This document shows, piece by piece, positions 26,506-38,097 of a stretch of DNA of 64,000 nucleotides. The notes beneath the pieces were generated by a model that did no database searches, was not told where the DNA came from, and worked only from the letters and a program-made list of their open reading frames with translations. The DNA is from Vicugna vicugna (Eukaryota). How positions within the stretch are numbered: position 1 is the stretch's first letter; each line of letters opens with the position of its first letter. The stretch spans positions 1-64,000 of the forward strand of contig MU057555.1 in assembly GCA_013265495.1 (NCBI GenBank), written 5' to 3'. Position numbers and translations under genes: made by a program.

Positions 26506-29500
26506 AGGAGGGAGAATGTTAGGCACAGGGAGGCTGATCACTATTCCTGTCCTGCCTGGCCCCTGGCCTGTGGGAGTCTGTCTATTCCCATGTTGCCCTT
26601 ATCCTGCTCACAGGGAGTTGCAAAGCTAGACAGAAGCCACACAGGCCCGGAGGCCACCTGCCTTTTCCTCCGTCCCCATTCAGAGCTGCTGTTATTGCCT
26701 CTGACCACTCATCCTAAGATGTCCTCTCCTTTCCTGGGGGCCACAGCCACAGGCTGCCCCTCCAACTGGGTGCACACACGTCTGGCAGGGGATAGCCTGG
26801 GGAAGGTGCTGAGCAGAGCACTGGGTGGGACTCCAGCAGGGAGTGGCCGGCACAGGCCTGGTGTGCTTGGATGGACTTGACAGTGTTTTTTGGGGATCGT
26901 TCTCGCCAGCTATGGAGAGGCCGGTGAGCCAAGGAAACCCAGCTAGGGGTCATGCTGGCTGGCAGGGCATCCCTGCTTTCCCTGCTTGCTCCGCTTGTCT
27001 TCTGACTTTCTGCTCTGTCCCCCGCTCCCTGGGGCCCCTCCTTCCCTTTTTCTTGGCTGTGGCTCCCTGGCAAGGCTGGGGAGCAATAGACAAATGCTTC
27101 AAAAATTTTTTTAAGTTTCCCAAACTTTTCCAGATGCCAAAAAGGGGCTGGAGAAACCTTGCAACTGCAGAGGGGGAAGGAGGTGGGGGGAACACGTTCC
27201 AAGGCCTTTTCCCCCAGCCCAACGACTGTGCAAAAGGGGGACAACTAGGGGAGCAGGGTGACTCCGGTACTTCAGACAGCCCACCCCAGAGGTCAGGCAG
27301 CCCCTTCACCAACCCCAACCCTCTCATCCTCACTCAGGAAACCCCCAGCCAACTTTGGAAGGCAGAGTCAGAGGAGGATGTCTGCGGGGCTCCTAGGAAC
27401 TGCAGCGTCACATTACAAGGGAAGTGACTTCTGGGGTTCAGAAGGGTGGATTGGGGATAGAGCAGCCCCCTAAGCCAAGGGAGGTTGGGAGCTGAGAGTG
27501 GTGGAACCTGGCCCCAAGGGCTCCCTCCCCTGGAGTCTGCGGCTTGATATGAGAACCCAGGACTGCTGGGGCCAGGAGTGGGGGAAGACAGGAGGGGGCA
27601 GTATGGGGGGACAGTGCAGGCACCACTGCCCTTCCCCAGTCAAACCCCCAAGGGGGTGCTGCCCCCACCTCTGCTGCTCTGTCCATCCACTCCCTGGACA
27701 CCTCCTAAAACAAAGGCCTCTTTGTGGTCCTGGCCCACTGGCCCGTTGCCAGCCGCATTCTTTGCGTGTTTCCTGAGCGCGATCCCGGCACTAGCTCCGT
27801 GATCGGCTCCTCCCCCACCGGCCCAACTCCTCGGGGCTCAGAGCAGTCTCCTCTCTCCTGCCCTGCTCGGGTCCCCTCACAGCTCCCATGCCTCCTGTCA
27901 ACAGATCTAGGCTGAGAAGGAAGAGCCCTGGGAGCTCTGCCACTAGGCCTGCGGAGATTCCAGCCACCCAGGCTCCGGCTGATCTTGGTTACGTCCGCTG
28001 AACCTTGATATTCTCATCTGTAAAACTGGGGAAAATAATAGCCACCCGGTGGGGCTGTCAGGCAGACTACATGTCTCCCAAACACCCAGGTCCTGCCTGC
28101 CACACAGTGGAGGCACTGTGTAACTTGAGCTCCCCACTTCTACACTGCGTCCAGTGGGGCCGGGGGTGCTGTCAGTGACCTCAGTGGATGGCTGAAGAGC
28201 TCCGAGGACCTCAAGGGCCTCAGGTGGGGGCATTTCCCTACAGTCCTGTGGGGGACCCAGAGTCTGAGGCCAGGGAATTCTTCCCCTCCTAAGGGGTAGA
28301 GCTGGGCCCTTAGCTAGTGACCCTCCAATCCCAGACCTAGTCCCACTCCATATGCCCCCTGCCCCTCCTGGCAACCACCTGTAATAGCAGCCCTCTTCCC
28401 GTTTGGCATGGGGCAGGGGGCGTTAGAGCTCTGAAAATAAGGGGATCCAGGAGGATGGCTGGGCTTTTGGAGTAGAACTCTTCGGAAACTCGGCAGATAC
28501 ACACCCATCACCTCCAGTCACCAGTCACCCATGGTCACACACGGTCCTAATGAAGTCCTAGATTGCTGCTCTGAGTTTTCTCCCCCCCTCGTTAAAAAAT
28601 GTTCATAATTTGGAAAGAAAAGAAGCTTTTTACAAGCTGGCGGCTCTAGGGAACTTTCCGTCGGTTCTTTCTGGCCTCGTGATGGGTGGGGCTCACTTTT
28701 CCCTTCCCTCTCTCTCCTGCTCTCCTAATAAGCACCCCCCAGCCCTGCCAAACACACAGGAGACCTCCCGCCAGCTATCGCCCCAAGAAAGCTGAAGTAA
28801 GGCCGAAGATGTGTCTGTGCCCTCCTGGGCCCCAGCCAAGCCCTGCCACAACCCCTGCCTCTGCCCCTGCCCCCAGAGGTCACCATCACCGGCCCAGAGT
28901 CCTCAGATAGCAGCACTTCCCAGAATCTGTGCCCACACCCGGGCCCAGCAGCCTGCCTGCCCTCCCCTGAGGGCTCTTGCCCCACTCTCCTGCTGAGTGA
29001 GGGTCCCCAAGTCCTCCTGGAGTCCGGGGGCCCTGCCAGGGAGGGAGCAGGAGGTGCTGAGCTCACCACCTCGGCATCTGCCCTCCCCTCCCCGCCTCTG
29101 GTGCGAGGGCCGGCCACACTCCCGCCAGCGCCTCACTCCCTAATAGCTTTTTAAGTCCAACCACATGTGTCTGTGGAGCGAGCTCAGAGCCGCCCCTCAC
29201 AGGGCCTCGGGTCCCCCCTCCTCTTTTGCCTGAGACCACCCTTTACTCTGAGCAGACTTGGGGCTGGGGGAGGGGGATCTGCTTCCCAAGAGCCCATCTG
29301 CTTGCCCCTGGCCCAGCTGAGCAAGATGGGCTGGTGAGATGGCTGAGCAATGGAGAGGTTCTCTCTTGGGAGTGTTGTGTGCAGCCAGCCCTCATGCTCA
29401 AGGTCCATCAGCCTCCCCTTTCCACCCTGGGGCCTAGGATCCCCATTCCCTGTGGCAGGCAAGGAGGGGCCAGCTGTCTGTGTCGGGAGCCCGAAACAGG

Positions 29501-30371
29501 CAGCGACGGGGTGGCTAGGAGCTGGATAAAGAGCCCTGACCTCTCCATGGGCCTCTCCTGCAGGGGCTTTGTGCCAGTACCTCTCTCCTGCACCCCCACT
29601 GCACTGACCCCACTATCCGACTTGTACACGTGTGGTTCCCTGTGCGTGTGAGTGGTCTGTGGGGAGGCCTGTGGGGTGTGGTTTCGAAGGAGGGGAGTAA
29701 GGGCTGAGAACCAACGTGCAGGCAGGCCTGGGGTCCTAATGAGAAAATTGCTTCCAGCCAGGGAGCCCTGCTCTGTGGCTGAAATTGCATCCAGCCCCAG
29801 CCAACTCCACCGCCACGGTCCTGCCTGCCCGCCCTTCCAAAGGAGATGGGGGAGCAGTTGGGGGCAGGGGGAGGAGCAGGGCTTGCACACACGACTCAGC
29901 CCCCCAACCCCCAGCCCCTCCGAGAGACTCTTCTGCCTCTCAAGGAGGAGGGGACCGAGAGTGAGCTCCAGGGCTAGGCTTGGCTCAGGACCTGATTGCT
30001 TGATCCTTGGGAGGCAATGGCGGAAGAGGGGACTCAGTGATTCCCATCCTCTACCTTCTGCTCTGTTCTGCCGCTGCATCTGTGGAGCGCCCACTGCATA
30101 GGAGGTTCTCGGAGAGGTGGCCCCATTTACAGTCTTCCTGAGAAAGGGTGTGAGGAGCATTTTGTTTCCACGTAAATGCTGTATGTGAGTCTGTCAGTCT
30201 ACCCATGTGGAGTCATTTGAAATTCAGCCTCCCCCAGGGACTCAGGCTTTGGGCCCTCTGGCCTGCCTCTTCACTCAGGGGAGCCCAGTGCCTGCACCCC
30301 AGGCCAGTCGGTGAAAGGCCAAAGCCAGCTTAGCTTTCTTTCTTCTTCCTGCTCCTTACTGACTCAGGCCT

Positions 30372-30480
30372 TTGAGCAGAACCACCTACAGAATTTGTAG
30401 AGTCCAGTGCAGAATGAAAACGCAAAGTCCCTTGTTCGAAAATTAAGAATTTCAGGAAGAGCAGAAACCAAGGCCATAGA
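30372..30480 (-). mobile_element. MER45A-like fragment
   Basis: gtccagtgcagaatgaaaacgcaaagtcccttgttcgaaaattaagaatttcagg, homologous to the copy at 6430. Confidence 0.6.
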
Positions 30481-32273
30481 GCCAGCTCTGCTTCGGAGGA
30501 AAGTTGGTACCCACTGCCCAGCAGCCGATTGGCTCAGTGAGCTCTGGCCACAAGGACTGACCAGCCTCAGGCCTGCCCCTGCTTTACCTGAGTAGACCCT
30601 AAGGTTCCACCTGCTGGTTACCTGTAAGGGAGACCTATCCGACTTCTGGGAAGATCTCTTCCTCACCTGGGGTTTTGGTCCCTGCTGCTACTTTGCTCAG
30701 AGACTCTGGATCACCCATCTTCTGGACTTTAGAGATGGTGATTAGCGAGGAGGGTGCAGAGAGAGAATGGGGTACAGCTTACATGCTTTGAGATTCTCAG
30801 GGCAAGGCCCCCCTTGCCACCCTCTGGAGAACCTACCAGTGGAACCATGCCCCATGATATAGAGCCTGTCACCCACTGGGCCCAGCAGGCAGCAGCATCA
30901 GACTGGATCTCCCCGCTTCTCCCACCAAGGGCCTCACCCGGCACTAGCAAGTTGTTGCAACAGCGGCTGTGCAGAGCAGGGAGCGAGCAGGAGTGCTTGG
31001 AGGGAGGGAAGAAGGCAGGAGGAAGGAAACAACCCCATTGTCATCCCCCAAATTACTGGCTGGGATGGCAGGGGAGGAGGCGGAAAGCCGACATTGTTTA
31101 CTTAATTAAAAGTAAACAACAATTTGCCGCTGCCAGCCTCCCATTAGCTGTGTGCCGAGCCCTAAGAGCTGGGGACTTGGCTTTCGATGCTCCCACCGAG
31201 CTGGGCTCCTGTCACCACACCCCCAACCTCAGATCCCCAGAGCCCTGCACCCTTCCCTAGTTCTCCCTTTCCCAGGCTGAGCAGGGGGGACAAGCTAAAA
31301 CCAGTAGTGTTTCAGGGTCCTGTGGGTCAGGATAAGAGTGTCAAGAAACTGTCATTTGGCAGGCCACTGTGGGGCAAGAGACCCCTGCATTGTGCAGAGT
31401 TAGGCTTGATTGTGGGCCAGTGAGGCAGGGCAAGGGGGCACCACCTCACCAGTTAGCCCATTATCCCAATGTCAGGATCCCTCGGAAAGGTAGCCTTGTT
31501 CCCTCCCCATCGAGGCCCCAGTCCACACTACCTGGAGGCCTGGGCCTCTCTGCCCCACCTCCCACTTTTTTCCTTTTCCCTTTTAGCAGCTTATAAACAT
31601 CCTTCTTCCATCTTTTTGGCTCTGCTCCCAGAAGGGGGCTGTTCAGGGCTCCTGGTGGGCCAGGAGAGAGGCAGGTTCCCTGGGCCTGAGGGGAGAAGGG
31701 CTGCTGGAACTAGGTCTCCCCACCCCAACCAGGACAGCTACAGGTGACCCCAGGAACAGAGGAGGGGGGTCGGCCTGGGTTGGGTTGAGTTGAGGACACC
31801 CAAGCTCCTGCTTCTCTGGAACCCCCAAGCAGGAGGGTGGTCTGATGGCTAGCGTTGTACACTACTTCCGCTGGCTTCCGGGGGCTGAGCAGGGAACCTT
31901 TCCAGGGGTCGGAACTCAGGCAAGTCCCCCACCTCTGCCTGCTCCCTCAGCGATGCAGAGCTCAGGCTTCTTTCTGAACTGGGGCATGACCTCAGGCTCA
32001 TGATTTTAAGTGCTCTGAGCTTTCACTTTCCCTGTCCAAGGGCCTCACCCACCTCCACACTTCTTAGCACCAGCCGCTTTATAAAACCATTGCTGAGTCT
32101 GAGTAGCTCTAGATCCTCTCTGGGTAAGGTGGGGAGAATACCTCATAAAAAAGAACCGGACCCGAGACACTGGGGATGCCAAGCACGCTGGGATTTAAGC
32201 TCAAAGGGGGAGAAGTGAGGTGAAATGCCAGTAGTAAGTACATAAACCATAGTTTTCATCTGATTCGCCAGAG

Positions 32274-32467
32274 CAGTGGGTTCCACCAGGGCAGATTCTG
32301 TCCTCAGAGGACGTCGGCAATGATGGAGACATTTTTGGTTGTCACAACCGAAGGGGCATGGTACTACTGGCATCTGGTGAGTGGAGGCCAGAGATGCTCC
32401 CATCCTACAGTGCATGGGATGGCTCCACCACAGAGAATGGTCCATAGGGTGGGGGTTGAGAACCCTG
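32274..32467 (+). mobile_element. MER20-like element
   Basis: tggagacatttttggttgtcacaacc...actgggcatctggtgagtggaggccagagatgct...gttgagaaccctg. Confidence 0.8.
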
Positions 32468-34034
32468 GTCTGGAGTTTGGTCCTCCTCACTCTCCCCCTG
32501 AGCCATCCTGCCCCACCCCTAACCTACCCCCTATATTTACATCCTCTCATCATCGTCCACCATCACAATTCACACATCCACATGTGTGCACGTATGCACA
32601 TAAGCTTACAGCTCCTGGGATTCAACACATTAGGGTTTTCACGTGCACTCAAACACACAGAAAAATCTGGGAAGTCTGTCCTGCACTTAATTGAATTAAA
32701 GGACTGGGGTTTGGCAGGACATTGTGTATCTGAGCTGCAGCTTCTTCCAGCCATTTCAGTACTGTACAGGACAGTTCAAGCTCCCTTTAACTCCAGCTGC
32801 TGCTGCTCCTCTCCCCTCTTTCCTTCCCCCACTTCCTTGCCTGGGCAGGGCGAGGTCAGGGACACCTCAGTCCTCCTCTCTTCTTTCACCACCTTGCTTT
32901 CTGCTGCTGCTGGTGGAAGGCTGGGGCCTCCTGCTGAACAAGTGCCCCGCCTCCATCTTTAAGCCAGGGGACTACCTGGAGCAGAATGGTCCAGCCAATC
33001 CCTCATTCCAGGTTTTCTGCTGCCCATGCATGAGATGGGAGCGGGATAGGGGTTTCCACTGGCCAAGTGTAAAGCCGCCAAGCTCTGCCTGAAAGGTCAG
33101 AGGGCTCTGGGAAGCCTACATCCCTGCTGGAGTGGCTAGGTACCCTAGTGGATAGGGTAGGAGGTATCAGTGGAGGGCACACAGTAGTACTGCCATCCCT
33201 CAGGTCTCTTCTCCAACCTGAGCCATTGCAGGATATGGGGGCAGAACAAAGGGGATGCTTTTCAATATTTCTTCCTACCCACCCTTGCCCTCTCCCTCTG
33301 CAGTCTCTGCTTTGGTAGGCTTTTGGGGTGGGTCTGTTCTCAGCCCCCTTTTACAACCCCACTCTGGCCCCTCCTTGGGGAGGAACACAGATGAAGTGAA
33401 CTCAGGCCCTGCCTCTCATCTGAGGGCAACCCCAGCACCAGAGCCTAGCCCTCGCTTGGAAGAAGCCCTGCACGAGCCACCCCTTGTCCACAGGGCATTG
33501 GAAAGGGCCCACATCTGGAATGGGTACAGGAGATGCCCTGCGGCCTCACTGTGCGCAAGAGGGGCATAATCAGCCTAGCACATGTCATCCTCTTGGCCCA
33601 TGCCTTTGTGGGGCGATGGGGAGAGGGTTTGCTGCATGCAGAATCTGCCCCTAAAACCTCACAGTTAAAGAGCAGCCTGGGCAAGCTTCTAATGGCTGGC
33701 ACCAAGGGCATCTAGGGAGCCCACTGGAGGAGCCCAGCCCAGCTCAGCCCAGCTCCACATGTATCACCCTTGGTGCTTGGACAAGGCAGTGGGTAGGGAG
33801 CAGTCCTTCCCCAGCTGCTGGGCTGTACCACCGGCTGGCAGGAGGATGGTGAGAAGGACTGGGGGCCGGGAGAAGCAGCCCGGCCCACTCCGGGGCTCTG
33901 AGATCTGCGCTGCCCAGGGTCAGGGGGGAGGGGGCGGGGCGGGCCTCACCTCGGCTAACCTCCCTGCGGAACAAAGGGGCCTTTCTCTGGGAGGGTGTGC
34001 CTGCCCGGCTGCTGCCACCACTGCAGACACTGCT

Positions 34035-34035
<1 letters not shown>

Positions 34036-34067
<32 letters not shown>

Positions 34068-34110
34068 TCTCTTCTTGACTTTTCTCCATTTCTCTCCCTC
34101 TCTTTGGTTC

Positions 34111-34150
<40 letters not shown>

Positions 34151-34195
34151 TTTCTTCTTGACTTTTCTCCATTTCTCTTCCTCTCTTTGGTTCCT
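34036..34195 (+). repeat. Two-copy tandem duplication of ~80 bp: (GT)n plus a pyrimidine-rich unit
   Basis: gat(c/t)tcttcttgacttttctccatttctct(c/t)cctctctttggttcct occurs twice, each copy preceded by (GT)n. Confidence 0.92.
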
Positions 34196-34863
34196 GATCT
34201 CTGACTTTTAGTCTCCATTTTTCACTTTTTGAGAGGGGTGGAAAAAAAAAAAGGAAATCTTCCTCTTCAAGCGTTTATCAGGCTCAGAGGCAGGTCTGTG
34301 CTACCAAAAGGTGGGGGCGTCGTGGGCGTGTTGGGAACACTCCAGGGGTCACGCGGCCGCAGACTAGCCGGCATCAGGGCAGCCCTGCTCTGGGGGAGGC
34401 AAGCAGAGACTCAGACCTGCGGTGATGGCTGCGCAGGGTGGGCCCAGCTCACTGGATTACCCCTCCCAGCCATGCACCTGGCAGCACCCCCCCCCTTCGC
34501 TTCTCCTCGCTCGCCCATTCCCCGGCCCCCTTGCATCCGGCCCCCGCACCGCAAGCTGTTCCTAATCAATGAGAACGGGAAGCTCGGCCCTCATATCACA
34601 TCACGGGATGTGCTTGGCAGCAGCAGCAACCAGAGCTGCTGCCTCGGGCAGCACAACCCTGGGTCCGAGTGGCCGGGGCCTGGCCGAGCCCTATTGCTGC
34701 TCGGACCTTGTGGGTGTACAGAGGGAACCCTGGCCCCTGGAGCCCAGGGCGGGCTGCTCACAAGTTCGCCGCCTCCGCCCCCGCGACAGCCCGCGGAGGG
34801 CAGCTAGTGTTAACTCGCTGTGCCACCTAGCTGCCGAGTCCGGGAGTGCAGCACGCCGCTCTC

Positions 34864-34884
34864 GGGGGGGGGGGGGGGGGGGGG
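34864..34884 (+). repeat. G21 homopolymer in a CpG-rich segment
   Basis: Read directly from the sequence. Confidence 0.9.
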
Positions 34885-37800
34885 CCCCCGAGCGGACCGC
34901 TGAGCCCCACCGCCCTGGGAAGCCCCTTTTGGTACTTCAGAGCGGTGTGAGTGGGGAATTTGGCACCAGTCAGCCTGTAGGTTTGATGTCGTTTTGTCCC
35001 TTTAGCAGCTTTGATTGTCACAGCCCTGAGCCTCCTCATAGCCTCCTGCCAGCCTATGTACTCTGTGCAAGCTTGGAAGATGCCTGTTTGCTGCTCCTCA
35101 GGACAGCAGCAACCCTGAAATAGAGTCCAAGAAGCTGCCCCCTTTACCCCTTCAGTGCCTTCCTATGTATGTTTGGTACTTTACAGTGTATAAAACTTTC
35201 CTGTCTCATTCACTGTAAAAATTCCTGCTCACGTCTCACCATGCGCTCTGAGGCAAGCCTGGGGTTGTGTTGCAGAGAGAGGAGGCCCCAGAGACACACT
35301 GGATGCCTAAAGGTTGCAGGTCTAGGATTTGGACCCCAGGCTTCTGATTCCAGGCCCAGGTGCACCTAGAGCCATCGTAGCCCCAGAGGATGCCACCTGC
35401 CTGCCCACCCATTAGGGCTACGAGTTGGAGATTTACAGTCAAAGTCCCAAACTCCTCCTATCTCATCTGGACAGCTTTGGACAGTGGCTGCCTGAAAGAG
35501 TGCTCCCCTGCCTTTCCCTCCATGGGGAGACTCCTGTTCCTTCCTCTGGTCAGTCCAGTCCTTGGGCCTGGAGGCCAGTGTGTCCAGTCCTGCATCTGGC
35601 CTGCCCGGGCTTTGTGGGAGTATTAGCAGTTCTGGGCTTTCTAAGTCAATCCCTTAGGTATGAGTGTCGAGGGTTGAGCCTGCAGGAAAGATATTCTCTC
35701 GGGTGGGGGAAGGTGCCGGCTAACTGGAATTTCTGTCCCCTGGGTGGTCTGTGTAACCACGGCTGGAAGAAGGATCTAGAAGTGTCTCTTCAGAGTCTTG
35801 TTATCCACTCAAACTGTGCTTCCAGGTGTAGGGGATACTGTAGTGAACAAAACACTGATAGGCTTTGACCCCAAGGGACTGATGGTCTGGTGGGGCACTC
35901 CTGGCCAGGAATCCCCAGCCTGGGAGGTCTGGTGACCAGGTCCTTGAGGCTCTCAAGTTGTCCAGAGCCAAAGTCTCCTGCTTCCCTCGCCCTGGCTCAG
36001 CCAGAGGCTCCCAGTGTAGGTTGGATTTGAAAGAAGGGCTGTTCAACTTCCATCCTCCAGGCAGAAGCTCTCCACTTAGACATTTGATTATGGCATGCAT
36101 TTGTGTTTGTTGCTCTTCCATGAGCCCAAGTCCCAGTTCCTCCACAAGGCATGTCCCTGGTAGAGGAGCCTCCCTTAGGGTTACCAGCCTGGGTACCGGT
36201 GCTGTCCCTTAGGAGGCGGAGGAAGTTAGAGCACCTGAGGATGGGAGGCAGGTGGTCTCTATCTGCTCCTGCTCCCCAAGGGTGAATGGAGATAGGTGAG
36301 TTTCTATTCCCCAGGCCCTCAGGGTTCCTAGATGGAATTCTCCCAAGGAAAGGGGGCAGAGGGAGGCAGGTGGGGGCAGGACTCTGCTCACAGGACATGG
36401 AGTGTGAGGAAGCCAGAGGGCCCCGATGCTCCCCCATTTCCCCCATCCTCTGGCCCCCCACTCCAGACAGATACTGGCAGCCAGATGCAGACCAGGCAGT
36501 TGTCCTTATGAAGCCACTCCTGAGTATTTTTAAGAATGTTTTCTCCCCGTCTGTTTTTTTTTTTTAAGGAGTCATTTCCTCCCTGCTTTCTCCCCTTTTT
36601 CCTGCCTCTCTCATAACCTTCTACTTCTCTGATTCTTTCTATCACATACTTCTTCGACTACTATGCTTTGGCTCTCATTTTCTATCTTGGCCCCTCCCTC
36701 TCTCTCTTAGTTTTTTTTTCCATTTTGTTTTGTTTTCTTTAAGTTTTAGTTTTGTTTTTTTTTGTCATTTTCTTGCTCTTGGATTCACTGCCTTCTTCTC
36801 TCCTTCCCTTACATTCCTGCTTGTCCCAGGAATGTCCCTCAAGTGGCCTCCAGAGCCTTTGTCTCCCTCTTCTCATCCCAAGTTGGCATTAGTGCCCCAA
36901 AGGGACTCTCTCCCTTTACAAATAATTAGACCAAGGGCAAGTGTATCTGGGGGTTGGGGGGAGGGTGACGCCTGGCTTTGGGAGGTAGGGACACTATTAA
37001 TAGTCCTAAGAGCAGCTGGGGGTGGGGGCGGTTGTCTGGCCAGGCCTGGCCTGGGCAACTCAAAAGGCCAGAAAGGGCAGTGCTGGAAATAGAGTGGGCA
37101 GGGGTGAGGGAGCAGCTCTGTAGGCCCCTAACCTGGATGTGGCCCCTCCTCTGCAGGGCCCCTGTCTTTTCTTGCTGTGCAGAGTGTGGAGAGCATTCTC
37201 ACTATCAGTTTCTATCTATCAGGTTGAGGAAGGGACAGAAGCTTCAGGGACTGGGGTCTGCTTTTCTGGGCCCCACCATCACATGACTCCTGGCCCCAGG
37301 CCCTCTCGGAAATGTTGGCTCCAGCTGCCAGCTGAGTCGTGGCACCAGCCTGTGCTGCCAGGAGAGGCGCCTGGCTGCTTGTATGGCAGTGCCTATGCTC
37401 CTGGTATCCTCAGCTCTCTGTATCCCCAGAGCTGAGCTACGATGGGCGGCACCCAGCACCCTCAGAATCCAGGGGCATGAGCATTTGTCCCCTTCCCCGT
37501 TAGCCTTGCCCATCTGGCCTTTCCATTCCTTGCATCTCCCCCACTGTTTCCAGCGTGGTGACTGTCCTGAGACCATTTACTATGGCTGTGAATTTGGGGA
37601 GGGATGCACCTGTAGAAGATGTTCTGCTTTGCCTTTTATTTCTGGAGAAACCTCTCTTTGCAGATGGTAATGGGCCAGGTCTTGAGGGAGCCTCTCTGCT
37701 CGCTGGTGGTGGTCTCTGGAGTGAGACACCAAAAACTATGATCTAGGGTGTACTTGATGTATCATGAAGAGTGTGAATTCCTGTGGAAGAAGAGCTGAGG

Positions 37801-37909
37801 GTTAGCCACTGCTTCCCTACCAAGATGGCATTTGAGCTAAGTCCAGAGGAAGAGTAGAGTTTCAGCCAAGGGAGGCAAAGGAAACTGGTGATCCAGGTGG
37901 AAGGGCACC

Positions 37910-38097
37910 TGACATTTATGGAACCCTTACTATGAGCTGGGCCTTGGACTGAGCACCTGATACCTATTTTCTCATTTATTCCTCACCCAGGAACCCCAGG
38001 GGGCAGGCAGTATCTCCATTTTACAGATGAGGAAACAGTTCAGAACTTGGCCAAGGTCACTGGGCCAGTAGGGTCTAGAGTATGGATGTGAACTCAG
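37910..38097 (-). mobile_element. MIR SINE
   Basis: MIR core tctccattttacagatgaggaaac...acttggccaaggtcac. Confidence 0.75.

Noticed and set aside
34036..34195. CRISPR-like repeat-spacer structure
   Set aside because: Only two units, the spacers are GT microsatellites, the context is a mammalian intron, and there are no cas genes.
33744..34218. His-Thr / Cys-Val repeat proteins in the ORF track
   Set aside because: Translations of (CA)n/(GT)n microsatellites.
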